This document shows positions 8,890-17,093 of a stretch of DNA of 35,235 bases, piece after piece. Within the stretch, counting starts at the first letter, position 1. Each line of letters starts with the position of its first letter. Under the pieces are notes generated by a model. The model saw only the letters and a list, made by a program, of their open reading frames with translations. It was not told the origin of the DNA and searched no databases. This DNA comes from Elusimicrobiota bacterium. Lineage in GTDB: Bacteria; Elusimicrobiota; Elusimicrobia; UBA1565. Made by a program: the position numbers and the translations under genes. Location: positions 1 through 35,235 of the forward strand of contig JBDREN010000235.1 of NCBI GenBank assembly GCA_043819795.1, given 5' to 3'.

Positions 8890-9579
8890 TCATGCGGCGT
8901 TGCGCATCTCCGTGAGGATCTCCTGGGCGGCCGCGAGAGGATTCGCCTCTTTCGTGACCGGCCGGCCGACGACCGCGTAGCGGATGCCGAGGCGCGCGGC
9001 CTCGCCCGGCGTGATGTGGCGCTTCTGGTCGTGGGCCGAGTGGCCGGCCGGACGGATGCCGGGGGTGATGAAGCATGTCTCCGGCCCGAGCGCCTTCTTT
9101 AAGGATGGGACCTCCAGGCCGGAGCAGATGACACCGTCGATCTTGTGGGCCAGCCCCATCCGGGCGAGCCGCAATGCCATCGGCCGGAGAGAGGCCTTGG
9201 GATGGATCACGTGCAGATCCGTGGCCGAGAGGCTCGTGAGGACCGACACGCCCCACAGCTTGGGCCGGGGATACACCGAAGCTGCGGCGTGGATCATGTC
9301 GGCGCCGCCGGAGAGGTGCAGGCTCACTGCGTAGACGCGCATCTTCTGGACCTCGTGGACCGCGTGCTCCACCGCCTGCGGTATGTCGTGGAGTTTGAGG
9401 TCGAGGAAAACCTTCGCGCCGTAGCGGTGCACGAGCTCCACGGCTCGCTTTCCGTGCGAGGTGAAGAGGCGCAGCCCCACTTTGAAGTAGGTGACGGTCC
9501 CCTTGAGGGTCTCGAGAAGCTCCTCCTCCTGGGTGATCGTGTCGACGTCGAGGGCGACGATAAGCTCGGTGATGTTCAT
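8890..9579 (-). CDS. pyrF: Orotidine-5'-phosphate decarboxylase
   Basis: IVALD, FKVG, FLDLKLHDIP, TPGIR, DQKR, VVGRP; ATG overlaps the pyrD stop. Confidence 0.93.
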   Translation of the reverse strand: MNITELIVALDVDTITQEEELLETLKGTVTYFKVGLRLFTSHGKRAVELVHRYGAKVFLDLKLHDIPQAVEHAVHEVQKMRVYAVSLHLSGGADMIHAAASVYPRPKLWGVSVLTSLSATDLHVIHPKASLRPMALRLARMGLAHKIDGVICSGLEVPSLKKALGPETCFITPGIRPAGHSAHDQKRHITPGEAARLGIRYAVVGRPVTKEANPLAAAQEILTEMRNAA

Positions 9580-10712
9580 GGACGCGCCTGCGTGGCCGCG
9601 GGGCCGGAGCGCGCGGTCCCGGCCCTCACGCCGGGATCGGAGCGGCCGACGGCGTCGGCGATATCGGAGAGCCCGTGCCGCTTGAGCAGATTCGCGAGGC
9701 CCCGATTGACGGCTCCCGGGAGCGCGGGGCCCTTGTAGATCAGCCCCGTGTAGAGCTGGACCAGGCTCGCCCCGGCGCGGATCTTCTGGTAGGCGTCCTC
9801 CGCGCTGAAGACGCCGCCCGCGCCGATGATCGGCAAGCGGCCGCGGGTGAGGCGGTAAACCTCGCGGATCATCCGCGTGGACAGGTCCCTGATCGGCGCT
9901 CCGCTGAGGCCCCCGCGCAGGCTCTCGAAGCGCTCGGGCAGGCCGAGGCCGGATCGCTGGACGGTCGTGTTCGTGCAGACGACGCCGGCGGCGTTGCTCT
10001 CGATCATGGGCAGCAGGTCCGACAAGGCTTCGGTGTCGAGGTCGGGGGAAAGCTTGACGAATACCGGCTTGCGCTCGCCGTTGCTCTGCTGCAGGGTCGC
10101 TAGGATCCGTTCGAGCCGGAGCTTCCGCCGCAGCGCGCGCAGTCCTCGCGCGTCCGGGGAGCCGAGGTTGACCACGAAGTAGTCCCCGAAGGGATAGAGC
10201 GTGGTGAAGGTCTCGGCGTAGTGCCGGGGCGCCTCCTCGGGAGGGGTATCCGCGTTGAGCCCCAGGTTGATGCCGATGGGCGCGAGGCTCTTGCCGGGGT
10301 CGAGGCGGCCCAGGCGCCGCGCGGCATCCGCGGCGCCCGCGTTGTTCGATCCGAGCCGGTTGATGATCGCTCCCGCCTCGGGCACGCGGAAGAACCGCGG
10401 GCGTGGGTCGCCGGATTGAGGGCGCAGCGTGACGGTGCCCAGCTCGACGAACCCGAAGCCCAGCGCGGGCAGCACTCCCGCGAGCCGGCAGTCCTTGTCG
10501 AATCCGGAGGCCAAGCCGACGGGGTTCGGAAAGCGCAGGCCGGCGACCGTGGTGGCGAGAGCCGGGTCGCGGTGTGAGAAGGCGAGCTCCAGGGCCCGGA
10601 CCGCCAGAGGCAGCCTTCCCGCCCAGTAGAGCGCCGTGGTGGCGCACGCGTGAGCCGTCTCGGGGTCGAGAGAGAAGAGCAGGGGGCGCAACGCCCGTTC
10701 GTAGGCGCTCAA
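9576..10712 (-). CDS. pyrD: Quinone-dependent (class 2) dihydroorotate dehydrogenase homolog
   Basis: DPETAH, NPVGLASGFDK, ELGTVT, TNTT, GGLSG, GASLVQLYTG. Confidence 0.9.
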   Translation of the reverse strand: MSAYERALRPLLFSLDPETAHACATTALYWAGRLPLAVRALELAFSHRDPALATTVAGLRFPNPVGLASGFDKDCRLAGVLPALGFGFVELGTVTLRPQSGDPRPRFFRVPEAGAIINRLGSNNAGAADAARRLGRLDPGKSLAPIGINLGLNADTPPEEAPRHYAETFTTLYPFGDYFVVNLGSPDARGLRALRRKLRLERILATLQQSNGERKPVFVKLSPDLDTEALSDLLPMIESNAAGVVCTNTTVQRSGLGLPERFESLRGGLSGAPIRDLSTRMIREVYRLTRGRLPIIGAGGVFSAEDAYQKIRAGASLVQLYTGLIYKGPALPGAVNRGLANLLKRHGLSDIADAVGRSDPGVRAGTARSGPAATQARP

Positions 10713-10732
10713 TTCTTCTTTAGTTTTCGGGG

Positions 10733-11509
10733 TCAGTTCGAGACATGCCGGACCGCGTTGCGGAACAGCTCCAGGCCGACCCCCTCCGCGCAGAAGGTCT
10801 GCCGCGTCCAGTTCGGGTGATGATACCGCGTGAGGTATCGCTCCGGATGCGGCATGATGCCGAGGCAGTTGCCTTCGGGGTTCGTGATGGCCGCGATGTT
10901 GAAGAGGGATCCGTTCGGGTTCTGGGGATATCCGGCGAACTTACCCTCCTCGTTGACGTACTGCATGAGGATGGACCGTGTCTTTTTGAGCATCTCAAGG
11001 ATCTTGGGGGATTTTACGACGAACTTGCCCTCGCCATGGGCCACCGGCAGCTCGATCATCTCGGGAAGGCCGCAGGTGAACAAGGACTGGCTCTGGAGGT
11101 TGATCCGAAGGCGCACCCAGCGCGCCTCGAACCGGTTCGAGTCATTGAACGAAAGCGAGGCGACCTGGTCCCCCGACGGGGTCTGAGGCAGCAGGCCCGC
11201 CTTGACCAGTACCTGGAAGCCGTTGCAGATGCCGATCACCGGGCGCCCGCTCCGGATGAAGCCCCGCAGGTCCTTGACGTGCCCGCGGATCTCATTGGCC
11301 AGGATGCGGCCCGCGCTGATGTCGTCGCCGTAGGAGAACCCGCCGGGGATGGCCAGGATCGGGTAGTCGAAGAGCCGCACCCTGCCGGAGGTCAGCTCGC
11401 GGATGTGCACGAGCACGGGATTGCCCCCGGCCAGCTTGAACGAGGCGGCGGTTTCGATGTCGCAGGTCGTGCCGGCGGTGCGCAGGATGAGGACTTTCGG
11501 GGAGCTCAT
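10733..11509 (-). CDS. purQ: FGAM synthase glutaminase subunit
   Basis: PGGFSYGD, GICNGFQ, AHGEGK, MPHPER; ATG overlaps the purL stop. Confidence 0.93.
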   Translation of the reverse strand: MSSPKVLILRTAGTTCDIETAASFKLAGGNPVLVHIRELTSGRVRLFDYPILAIPGGFSYGDDISAGRILANEIRGHVKDLRGFIRSGRPVIGICNGFQVLVKAGLLPQTPSGDQVASLSFNDSNRFEARWVRLRINLQSQSLFTCGLPEMIELPVAHGEGKFVVKSPKILEMLKKTRSILMQYVNEEGKFAGYPQNPNGSLFNIAAITNPEGNCLGIMPHPERYLTRYHHPNWTRQTFCAEGVGLELFRNAVRHVSN

Positions 11510-14055
11510 CTTCTCCGGTCCTTGGCGCTCCCGTCCAGCATCCGGGGCAGGGTCCGCCGCCATGACGCCTTGAGCTCTTGGAGGCCTTCCTCGAGCACTT
11601 GGCGTCCGTCCAGCCCGGTGATGCGCAAGACGGGGTTGGCTATCGTGGAGCCGATGCGCGCGAGAGGGACTCCTCTCATGGCTTTCAGGAAGGCCTTCTC
11701 CTTTTCGGCGGCTATCTCGAGCAGGAAACGGCTCGGGCTTTCCGAGAAGAGCAACGTCGCCTCGTCGGAGGCGCCCTTGGCGCGGGGAATCATGTCCAGG
11801 TCGATGTGGACGCTGACCTCCCCCGCGAACGCCATCTCGGCGGCCGCCACCGCCAGGCCGCCCTCGGCCAGGTTGTGGGCGGTCGTGATCAGTCCCTTCT
11901 GCGCGGCCGCGCTCAGCGCCCAGAGGGCCTTTTTTGCGGAGCGCGGCTCCACGGTCGGCACTCGGCCCTGGGGCGTGCCGCTCCATGCTTCGTGGATGGT
12001 CCCCCGCATCTCATCGGCGGTCTCCCCCATGATGTAGACCGGATTGCCGGGGGCCTTGAAATCCATCGTCAGCGCGCGACGGATATCGGGGACGGGCGCC
12101 ACCGCCGAGATCAGCAGCGTCCCCGGAATCGAGCGGCGCGGCCTCTTGCCGTCGGAGTAGACGTTGTGGAGGCTGTCGTTACCCGAGATGAAGGGCGCTT
12201 GGAAGCCGAGCGCCGCGTCCCGGCAGCCTTGGGCCGCGCGGACCAGGGCCCCGAGGGTATGCGGGTCGTCGGGAGCTCCCCAGCAGAAGTTATCGAGCAG
12301 GGCCGCCCTCGTGACGTCGGCGCCGACGCAGGCCAGATTGCTGAGCGCCTCGCCGACGCAGGCCAGGGCCATGGCGTAGGGGTCGAGCTTCCCGTAAGCC
12401 GGGTTGATCCCGTGCGCGACGGCGACGCCCTTGTGGGATTTCGCGTCGCCGGTGACGGCCGCGGGCCAGATGACGCAGGCATCGCCGGGGCCGTCGTGGT
12501 GGAGCCCCTGCAGCGGTTTGATGACCGTGCCGCTCTGGACCTCATGGTCGTACTGGCGGATCACCCATTCCCGGCTGCAGACGTTGAGGTGGGCGAGGGC
12601 CCAATGCAGGGCCTCGGCGCATCTCGCCCGGCCGTCCGAGCGGCTTTTCCTCTTGGCGGAAGCCTTGGGCGGAGGATTCCATACGGCGCGGAGCTCCGGC
12701 CGGGGCAGGCCGTCCCGCAGGAACCCGAGATCGAGGTCCAACAGCGGGCGGCCGCCGAAGCCGACCTCGATGCGTCCCGTGTCGGTGAACTCTCCGAGCA
12801 CGCACAGCTCGACCCCCTCCGACTCCACGACCGCGGCGAGGCTCTTGAGGTTCTTCTTGGGGACGGCCAACACCATGCGCTCCTGGGACTCCGAGACCCA
12901 GACCTCCCAAGGCTCGATGTCGGGCGTCTTCAACAGCGCGTTCTCCAGGCGGACGCGGGCGCCCCCGAGCCGGCCGCCTCGGGACGGCGTCGCGGCGCCC
13001 CGGGCCATCTCCGCGATCGCCACGGAGAAGCCGCCGGCCCCGCAGTCGGTCACCGAGCGGTAAAGCCTTTTGTCGCGCGCCTTGAGCAACGCGTCGAGCA
13101 GGCGCTTCCCCATGGTCGCGTGGCCGATCCTGACGGCCGCGGTGTCGGCCTCTGCCGGGCCGGCGGCCGCGCTCGATGAGACGGCCGCGCAGGGGAACCC
13201 GTCCCGGCCCGTGCGGCCGCCGACGGCGGCGATCAAGTCCCCCGGGACGACGCTTTTTCGGAGCGTCCCGTTGGGCATGATCCCCACGGTTCCGACGAAA
13301 ACGAGTGGGTTGAATCGGTAGCCCTCGTCGAACCATATGGCGCCCGCCGCCGTGGGGATACCGAGGCGGTTCCCGTAATCGCGCACGCCGGCGACGACGT
13401 CCGTCATCATGCGGCGCGGATGCAGGACGCGCTTCGGCAGCGGCCCCGCGTAGTCGGGGGGGCAGAAGCACAGGACATCGGTATTCAGGATGGGCTTGGC
13501 GCCGAGCCCGGTCGCCAGGATGTCGCGCATCACGCTGCCGACGCCGGCTCCGGCTCCCCCGTGCGGCTCGATCGCGCAGGGGCGGTTGTGCGTCTCGACC
13601 TTGTAGGCGAGGGACCACTCCTTGTCGAAGGCGACCACGCCGGCGTTGTCCTTGAGCGCCGAGAGGCACCAGGGCCTTCGCAGCTTCTGCGTGGCGGCCA
13701 TGATGGTGTCGGCGAGCAGGTTCTTATACCGGGTGGTCGATTTTCCGTCCTGGTATCGGATGGGCCCCGTGAAGGTCTTGTGGCGGCAGCGCTCGGACCA
13801 TATCCGGGCGATGGTTTCGGCCTCGGCGCGGGTGGGCTCGCGACGCAGGGAAGTAAAGTGGTCCTGGACGGCTTTGAGCTCGGCCTCGGTGAGGGCCCAC
13901 CCGTAACGCGCGTTCAGGGCCGCCAGATTCTTCCCCGGGGCTCCGATCCAGGGGTTCTCCCAATCCGACCCGTTCGAGCCCGGTTGCGCGCCGGCCGCGG
14001 GGGCCGGAGCGTGCCTTTCGGGTTTTGGCGCGCGCGCCTTTCCCGAAAGACTCAT
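11506..14055 (-). CDS. purL: FGAM synthase subunit PurL homolog with altered active site
   Basis: DNAGVV, KVETHN, RDYGN, TGRDG, DCGAGG, SESQERM, QYDHEV, DNFCWG. Confidence 0.9.
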   Translation of the reverse strand: MSLSGKARAPKPERHAPAPAAGAQPGSNGSDWENPWIGAPGKNLAALNARYGWALTEAELKAVQDHFTSLRREPTRAEAETIARIWSERCRHKTFTGPIRYQDGKSTTRYKNLLADTIMAATQKLRRPWCLSALKDNAGVVAFDKEWSLAYKVETHNRPCAIEPHGGAGAGVGSVMRDILATGLGAKPILNTDVLCFCPPDYAGPLPKRVLHPRRMMTDVVAGVRDYGNRLGIPTAAGAIWFDEGYRFNPLVFVGTVGIMPNGTLRKSVVPGDLIAAVGGRTGRDGFPCAAVSSSAAAGPAEADTAAVRIGHATMGKRLLDALLKARDKRLYRSVTDCGAGGFSVAIAEMARGAATPSRGGRLGGARVRLENALLKTPDIEPWEVWVSESQERMVLAVPKKNLKSLAAVVESEGVELCVLGEFTDTGRIEVGFGGRPLLDLDLGFLRDGLPRPELRAVWNPPPKASAKRKSRSDGRARCAEALHWALAHLNVCSREWVIRQYDHEVQSGTVIKPLQGLHHDGPGDACVIWPAAVTGDAKSHKGVAVAHGINPAYGKLDPYAMALACVGEALSNLACVGADVTRAALLDNFCWGAPDDPHTLGALVRAAQGCRDAALGFQAPFISGNDSLHNVYSDGKRPRRSIPGTLLISAVAPVPDIRRALTMDFKAPGNPVYIMGETADEMRGTIHEAWSGTPQGRVPTVEPRSAKKALWALSAAAQKGLITTAHNLAEGGLAVAAAEMAFAGEVSVHIDLDMIPRAKGASDEATLLFSESPSRFLLEIAAEKEKAFLKAMRGVPLARIGSTIANPVLRITGLDGRQVLEEGLQELKASWRRTLPRMLDGSAKDRRR

Positions 14056-14684
14056 CTCTGGATCACTTTCAACTTATGGATCAGGGGGTTCGAAAGCAGC
14101 TTCTCCAGGATACTTCCCACCTGCGCCTTGTTGACCCGTCCCAGGATGTGGTAGGCCGTCCCGGTCCGCACGCGTGCCGGCTCCGGCAGGCCCATGTCCC
14201 GCACGGCTTTGCGCACGCTCTCGCCGACCGGATCGGCGAGAGCGGGTTTGAGCCACACCTCGAGGCGCCAGTGCGGGCCCATCAGGAACGCCGGCGACGG
14301 CATGGCGCGCTCGACGCGGTACTCCTGAGTCACCGGGTCGGAGAGCAGCTCTCGCGAGAGCTGATGGACCTGGTTGACCGTGAGCTTTCCTACGATCTCG
14401 TAGAGGGCGGATACGCGGACCTCGCGGGCGTTTTGGACGCCTAGCGAAGGGATCTTGCTCAGCAGGGCGGCGCCGGATGCGTCCGTCATGCCGTACTTGG
14501 TGGCCACTTCGACCAAGTGGCGAGGGAGCTCCGGGGCCGGGGCCAGCTTGCGCGGTGGCGGCAATACGGCGGTCAGCTCTCGCGCCTGGGGGAGACCGTC
14601 CTTGACGGCGGAATCGCGCGCTCCGGAAGCCGTCGCGCTTCGCAGGCCGTTCTTTCCGTTCCTTCGGTGGTTGTTGCGCCTCAT
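14052..14684 (-). CDS. purS: Tandem PurS-like domain protein with basic N-terminal extension
   Basis: Two PurS-like units ending LLSDPVTQ and LLSNPLIH; KPALADPVG motif; directly upstream of purL. Confidence 0.75.
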   Translation of the reverse strand: MRRNNHRRNGKNGLRSATASGARDSAVKDGLPQARELTAVLPPPRKLAPAPELPRHLVEVATKYGMTDASGAALLSKIPSLGVQNAREVRVSALYEIVGKLTVNQVHQLSRELLSDPVTQEYRVERAMPSPAFLMGPHWRLEVWLKPALADPVGESVRKAVRDMGLPEPARVRTGTAYHILGRVNKAQVGSILEKLLSNPLIHKLKVIQR

Positions 14685-14686
14685 AT

Positions 14687-15823
14687 TCAGGTCGGTCCGG
14701 AGCTCATGCCGCCTTCGGCCCGCGTCGCGAGGGCGATGATGATCTCGGTCAGTTGCATCTCCTTGATGGTCGAGGCGCCGACGGCGCCCATGCACGTCTT
14801 GAGCGCGCCGACGAGGTTCTGGCTGCCGTCGTCGAGCCGCGGGCCGAAAAGGACCTCTTTGAGCGTCCCTGTGACCCCGACGTGGACTCTGGCCCCGAGG
14901 GGGAGGCCTTCGCGCGTCGTCGCGCCCCAATGGTAGCCCTGGCCGGGCGCCTCCTCGGCGCGGGCGAGGGGCGAGCCGATCATCGCGCCGTCGGCCCCGC
15001 AGGCGATCGCCTTGCAGAGGTCGCCGCCCTTTCCGATGCCGCCGTCGGCGATGACCGGGACGTAGCGTCCGGTCTTCTTGAAGTAGAAATCCCGGGCGGC
15101 CGCGCTGTCGATCGTCGCCGTGGCCTGGGGCACGCCGAGCCCCAGGACTCTGCGGGCGGGGGAGGAGGCGTTCGGCCCGACGCCGACGAGCAGGCCGCTG
15201 ATCCCCGCCTCCATGAGCTCGACGGCGACGTCGAATCCGACGGAGTTGCCGACCACGACGGGCACCTCCATCCGCTCGCAGAACGAAGCGATATCGAAGG
15301 GCTTGTGCCGCGTCGACGGATGCCGCGCGGCCGCCGTCATCGACTGCACCACGAAAATGTCGCAGCCGGCCTCCTGGGCGATCGGGCCATACTCGTCGGC
15401 GTTCTCCGGGGTCGTGCTGACGGCGCAGGGGACGTTCGTCTTGACGATCTCCGAGACGCGTCGGGCGATGAGGCGCTCTTTCGTCGGCTCCCGGTAGATC
15501 TCCCGGACGAGGCGGGCGGCGTCCCGAGGCCCGGCCGCCGCGATCCGGGCCACGACCTCCCGCGGCTTCTCGTAGCGCGTATTGATGCCGTCGAGGTTCA
15601 GCACCCCCAGTCCCCCGAGCTTGCCCATCTCGATGGCGAACCGGGTGTCCACGACGCCGTCCACCGCCGAGGCGAGCACCGGGATGTCGAGGAGGATGTC
15701 GCCGATCTTCAGGCTGGTGTCCACGCTGTCGGGCTCGACGCCCGCTCCGCTCGGGACGAGGGCGATCTCGTCGAACCCGTAGCAGCGGCGCACCTCTCGG
15801 TCATGTCCGATGAAAAAAGGCAT
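14687..15823 (-). CDS. GuaB3-family IMP dehydrogenase-related protein lacking the catalytic Cys
   Basis: YGFDEIALVP, DGVVD, VLGLGVPQATA, YVPVIADGG, CGADGAMIGSPLA, QNLVGALK. Confidence 0.88.
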   Translation of the reverse strand: MPFFIGHDREVRRCYGFDEIALVPSGAGVEPDSVDTSLKIGDILLDIPVLASAVDGVVDTRFAIEMGKLGGLGVLNLDGINTRYEKPREVVARIAAAGPRDAARLVREIYREPTKERLIARRVSEIVKTNVPCAVSTTPENADEYGPIAQEAGCDIFVVQSMTAAARHPSTRHKPFDIASFCERMEVPVVVGNSVGFDVAVELMEAGISGLLVGVGPNASSPARRVLGLGVPQATATIDSAAARDFYFKKTGRYVPVIADGGIGKGGDLCKAIACGADGAMIGSPLARAEEAPGQGYHWGATTREGLPLGARVHVGVTGTLKEVLFGPRLDDGSQNLVGALKTCMGAVGASTIKEMQLTEIIIALATRAEGGMSSGPT

Positions 15824-15840
15824 GATTTTAGGACCCCGTC

Positions 15841-16078
15841 ACTGATGGCAGCCTGAATAATGTCCTGCTTTGGAGGCGCAGCCTTGCGGCGGATGCAAGG
15901 CGCGACGAGGGAGCATAGCCAAAGCTATGTGACCGAGGAGCAACGCCGCAGCCGCCCGGGGATGCGCCTCCCCGGAGGGGCTGGGCGCTTTTGAGCTGCG
16001 CCTGCGTCGCTCGTCGCTCCTTGTCGCGCTCCAAAATCACCTCGGCCAAAGTAGGACATTATTCAGGTTGCCATCAGT
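15841..16078. mobile_element. 238-bp MITE-like element with 33-bp terminal inverted repeats
   Basis: ACTGATGGCAGCCTGAATAATGTCCTGCTTTGG (15841-15873) matches the reverse complement of 16046-16078 with 2 mismatches; no credible coding content. Confidence 0.75.
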
Positions 16079-16083
16079 AGGTC

Positions 16084-16117
16084 AAAAAAAAGACCGCAGC
16101 GCGGCCATGGGGTCTTT
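16084..16117 (-). terminator. Intrinsic terminator-like hairpin at the end of the guaB leader
   Basis: Minus strand AAAGACC...GGTC followed by a run of 8 T. Confidence 0.55.
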
Positions 16118-16264
16118 GGGCCACCTACGGTGTTTCGGGTCCGGAATGGGCATTGCGCTGAGGGCGTCGGCCCTGGTTCGGCAGCCTGTCCCTCCTGCCG
16201 GGGCCCCCGCTTTGGAGGGAACCGGCCGGGGGCTCCGATATTTCGGCGTTCCCGTCGGTAAAAA

Positions 16265-16294
16265 CTGTAGCAAATTCATAAGAAACAGCGCAAC
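16265..16294 (-). promoter_or_regulatory. Putative sigma70 promoter of the nucleotide cluster
   Basis: Minus strand TTGCGC-18 nt-TACAGT with an extended TG, in an AT-rich patch. Confidence 0.5.
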
Positions 16295-16301
16295 TTTATC
16301 G

Positions 16302-17009
16302 TCACTCCGCCGGGAGACAGACCGTGGCGTTGATCCCGACCCGGCTCAGGTCCGTCTCCAGACGCCCCGGGGAGGATGCCAGGATGGCGTCCTCTTCCGG
16401 GGAGCACTCCACCAAAAAGGCCTTGCCGTCGCGGCCGTAGGCCTTCTTCAGGCGGTCCCGGAGCCGGCGAAACCGGACGGGGGAGTGGCGCCGCAGGCTG
16501 CCCATGTTGTAGAGAAGGACCGAGAAGCCGGGGCCGAGCGTCATCGCCGACGGCTGGACGCTCTCGACGTTATAGACGGCGAATCCGTCGGCGAACGTGT
16601 CTCCGAACCGGAACTTCAGGGCGACGAGGACCTGCTCCAGCGATCCGACGGAGGCGAACACCCGGCAGGGATGGCCCTTCCCCCGGCAGCGCCCGATGAG
16701 CTCGTCGGCCAAGGAGAACAGGGCGGGGCTCCCGGTCACGGCCACGCCGATGCGCCGGCCCCGGGAAAGGCCCCGCAGGACCGCTCCCGCCACCTGGCCG
16801 GCGGGGACCTTCCGGCGTTTCGCGCCGTACACGCCGCCCCAATCGAAACCCGTGTATTTCAGGCCGAAGCCCCTGCAGAACCGCGCGAGGGCCTCCTGAT
16901 GGACCGTGCCGAAGACCTCGTCGCACCGCTTGAGGGCTTCCAGCGCCTCCAGCGTCAACTGGCTCACGCCTCTCGGACCCACGCCGAATATGATGAGCTC
17001 CCCCCGCAT
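16302..17009 (-). CDS. Tetrapyrrole-methylase-family SAM-dependent methyltransferase
   Basis: LIIFGVGP...QLTLEALEALKRCDEVF, TGSPALF and VFASVGSL fit the class III methyltransferase fold. Confidence 0.75.
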   Translation of the reverse strand: MRGELIIFGVGPRGVSQLTLEALEALKRCDEVFGTVHQEALARFCRGFGLKYTGFDWGGVYGAKRRKVPAGQVAGAVLRGLSRGRRIGVAVTGSPALFSLADELIGRCRGKGHPCRVFASVGSLEQVLVALKFRFGDTFADGFAVYNVESVQPSAMTLGPGFSVLLYNMGSLRRHSPVRFRRLRDRLKKAYGRDGKAFLVECSPEEDAILASSPGRLETDLSRVGINATVCLPAE

Positions 17010-17093
17010 CGTTAGCGCTCCGGCCACGGTATATTGTCCATAATTTCCGGCCTCGCGCGGAAGGCGGGAAACGATTCTGTATAATGCGTTCTC

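Noticed and set aside
12160..12200. PurL SGNDSL counted as another active-site loss
   Set aside because: SGN occurs at this position in canonical small PurL proteins, so it is not evidence of degeneration.
5529..13179. Long plus-strand ORFs (619, 403, 430, 533 aa) over the pur/pyr genes
   Set aside because: Antisense shadows of recognisable genes, with no motifs.
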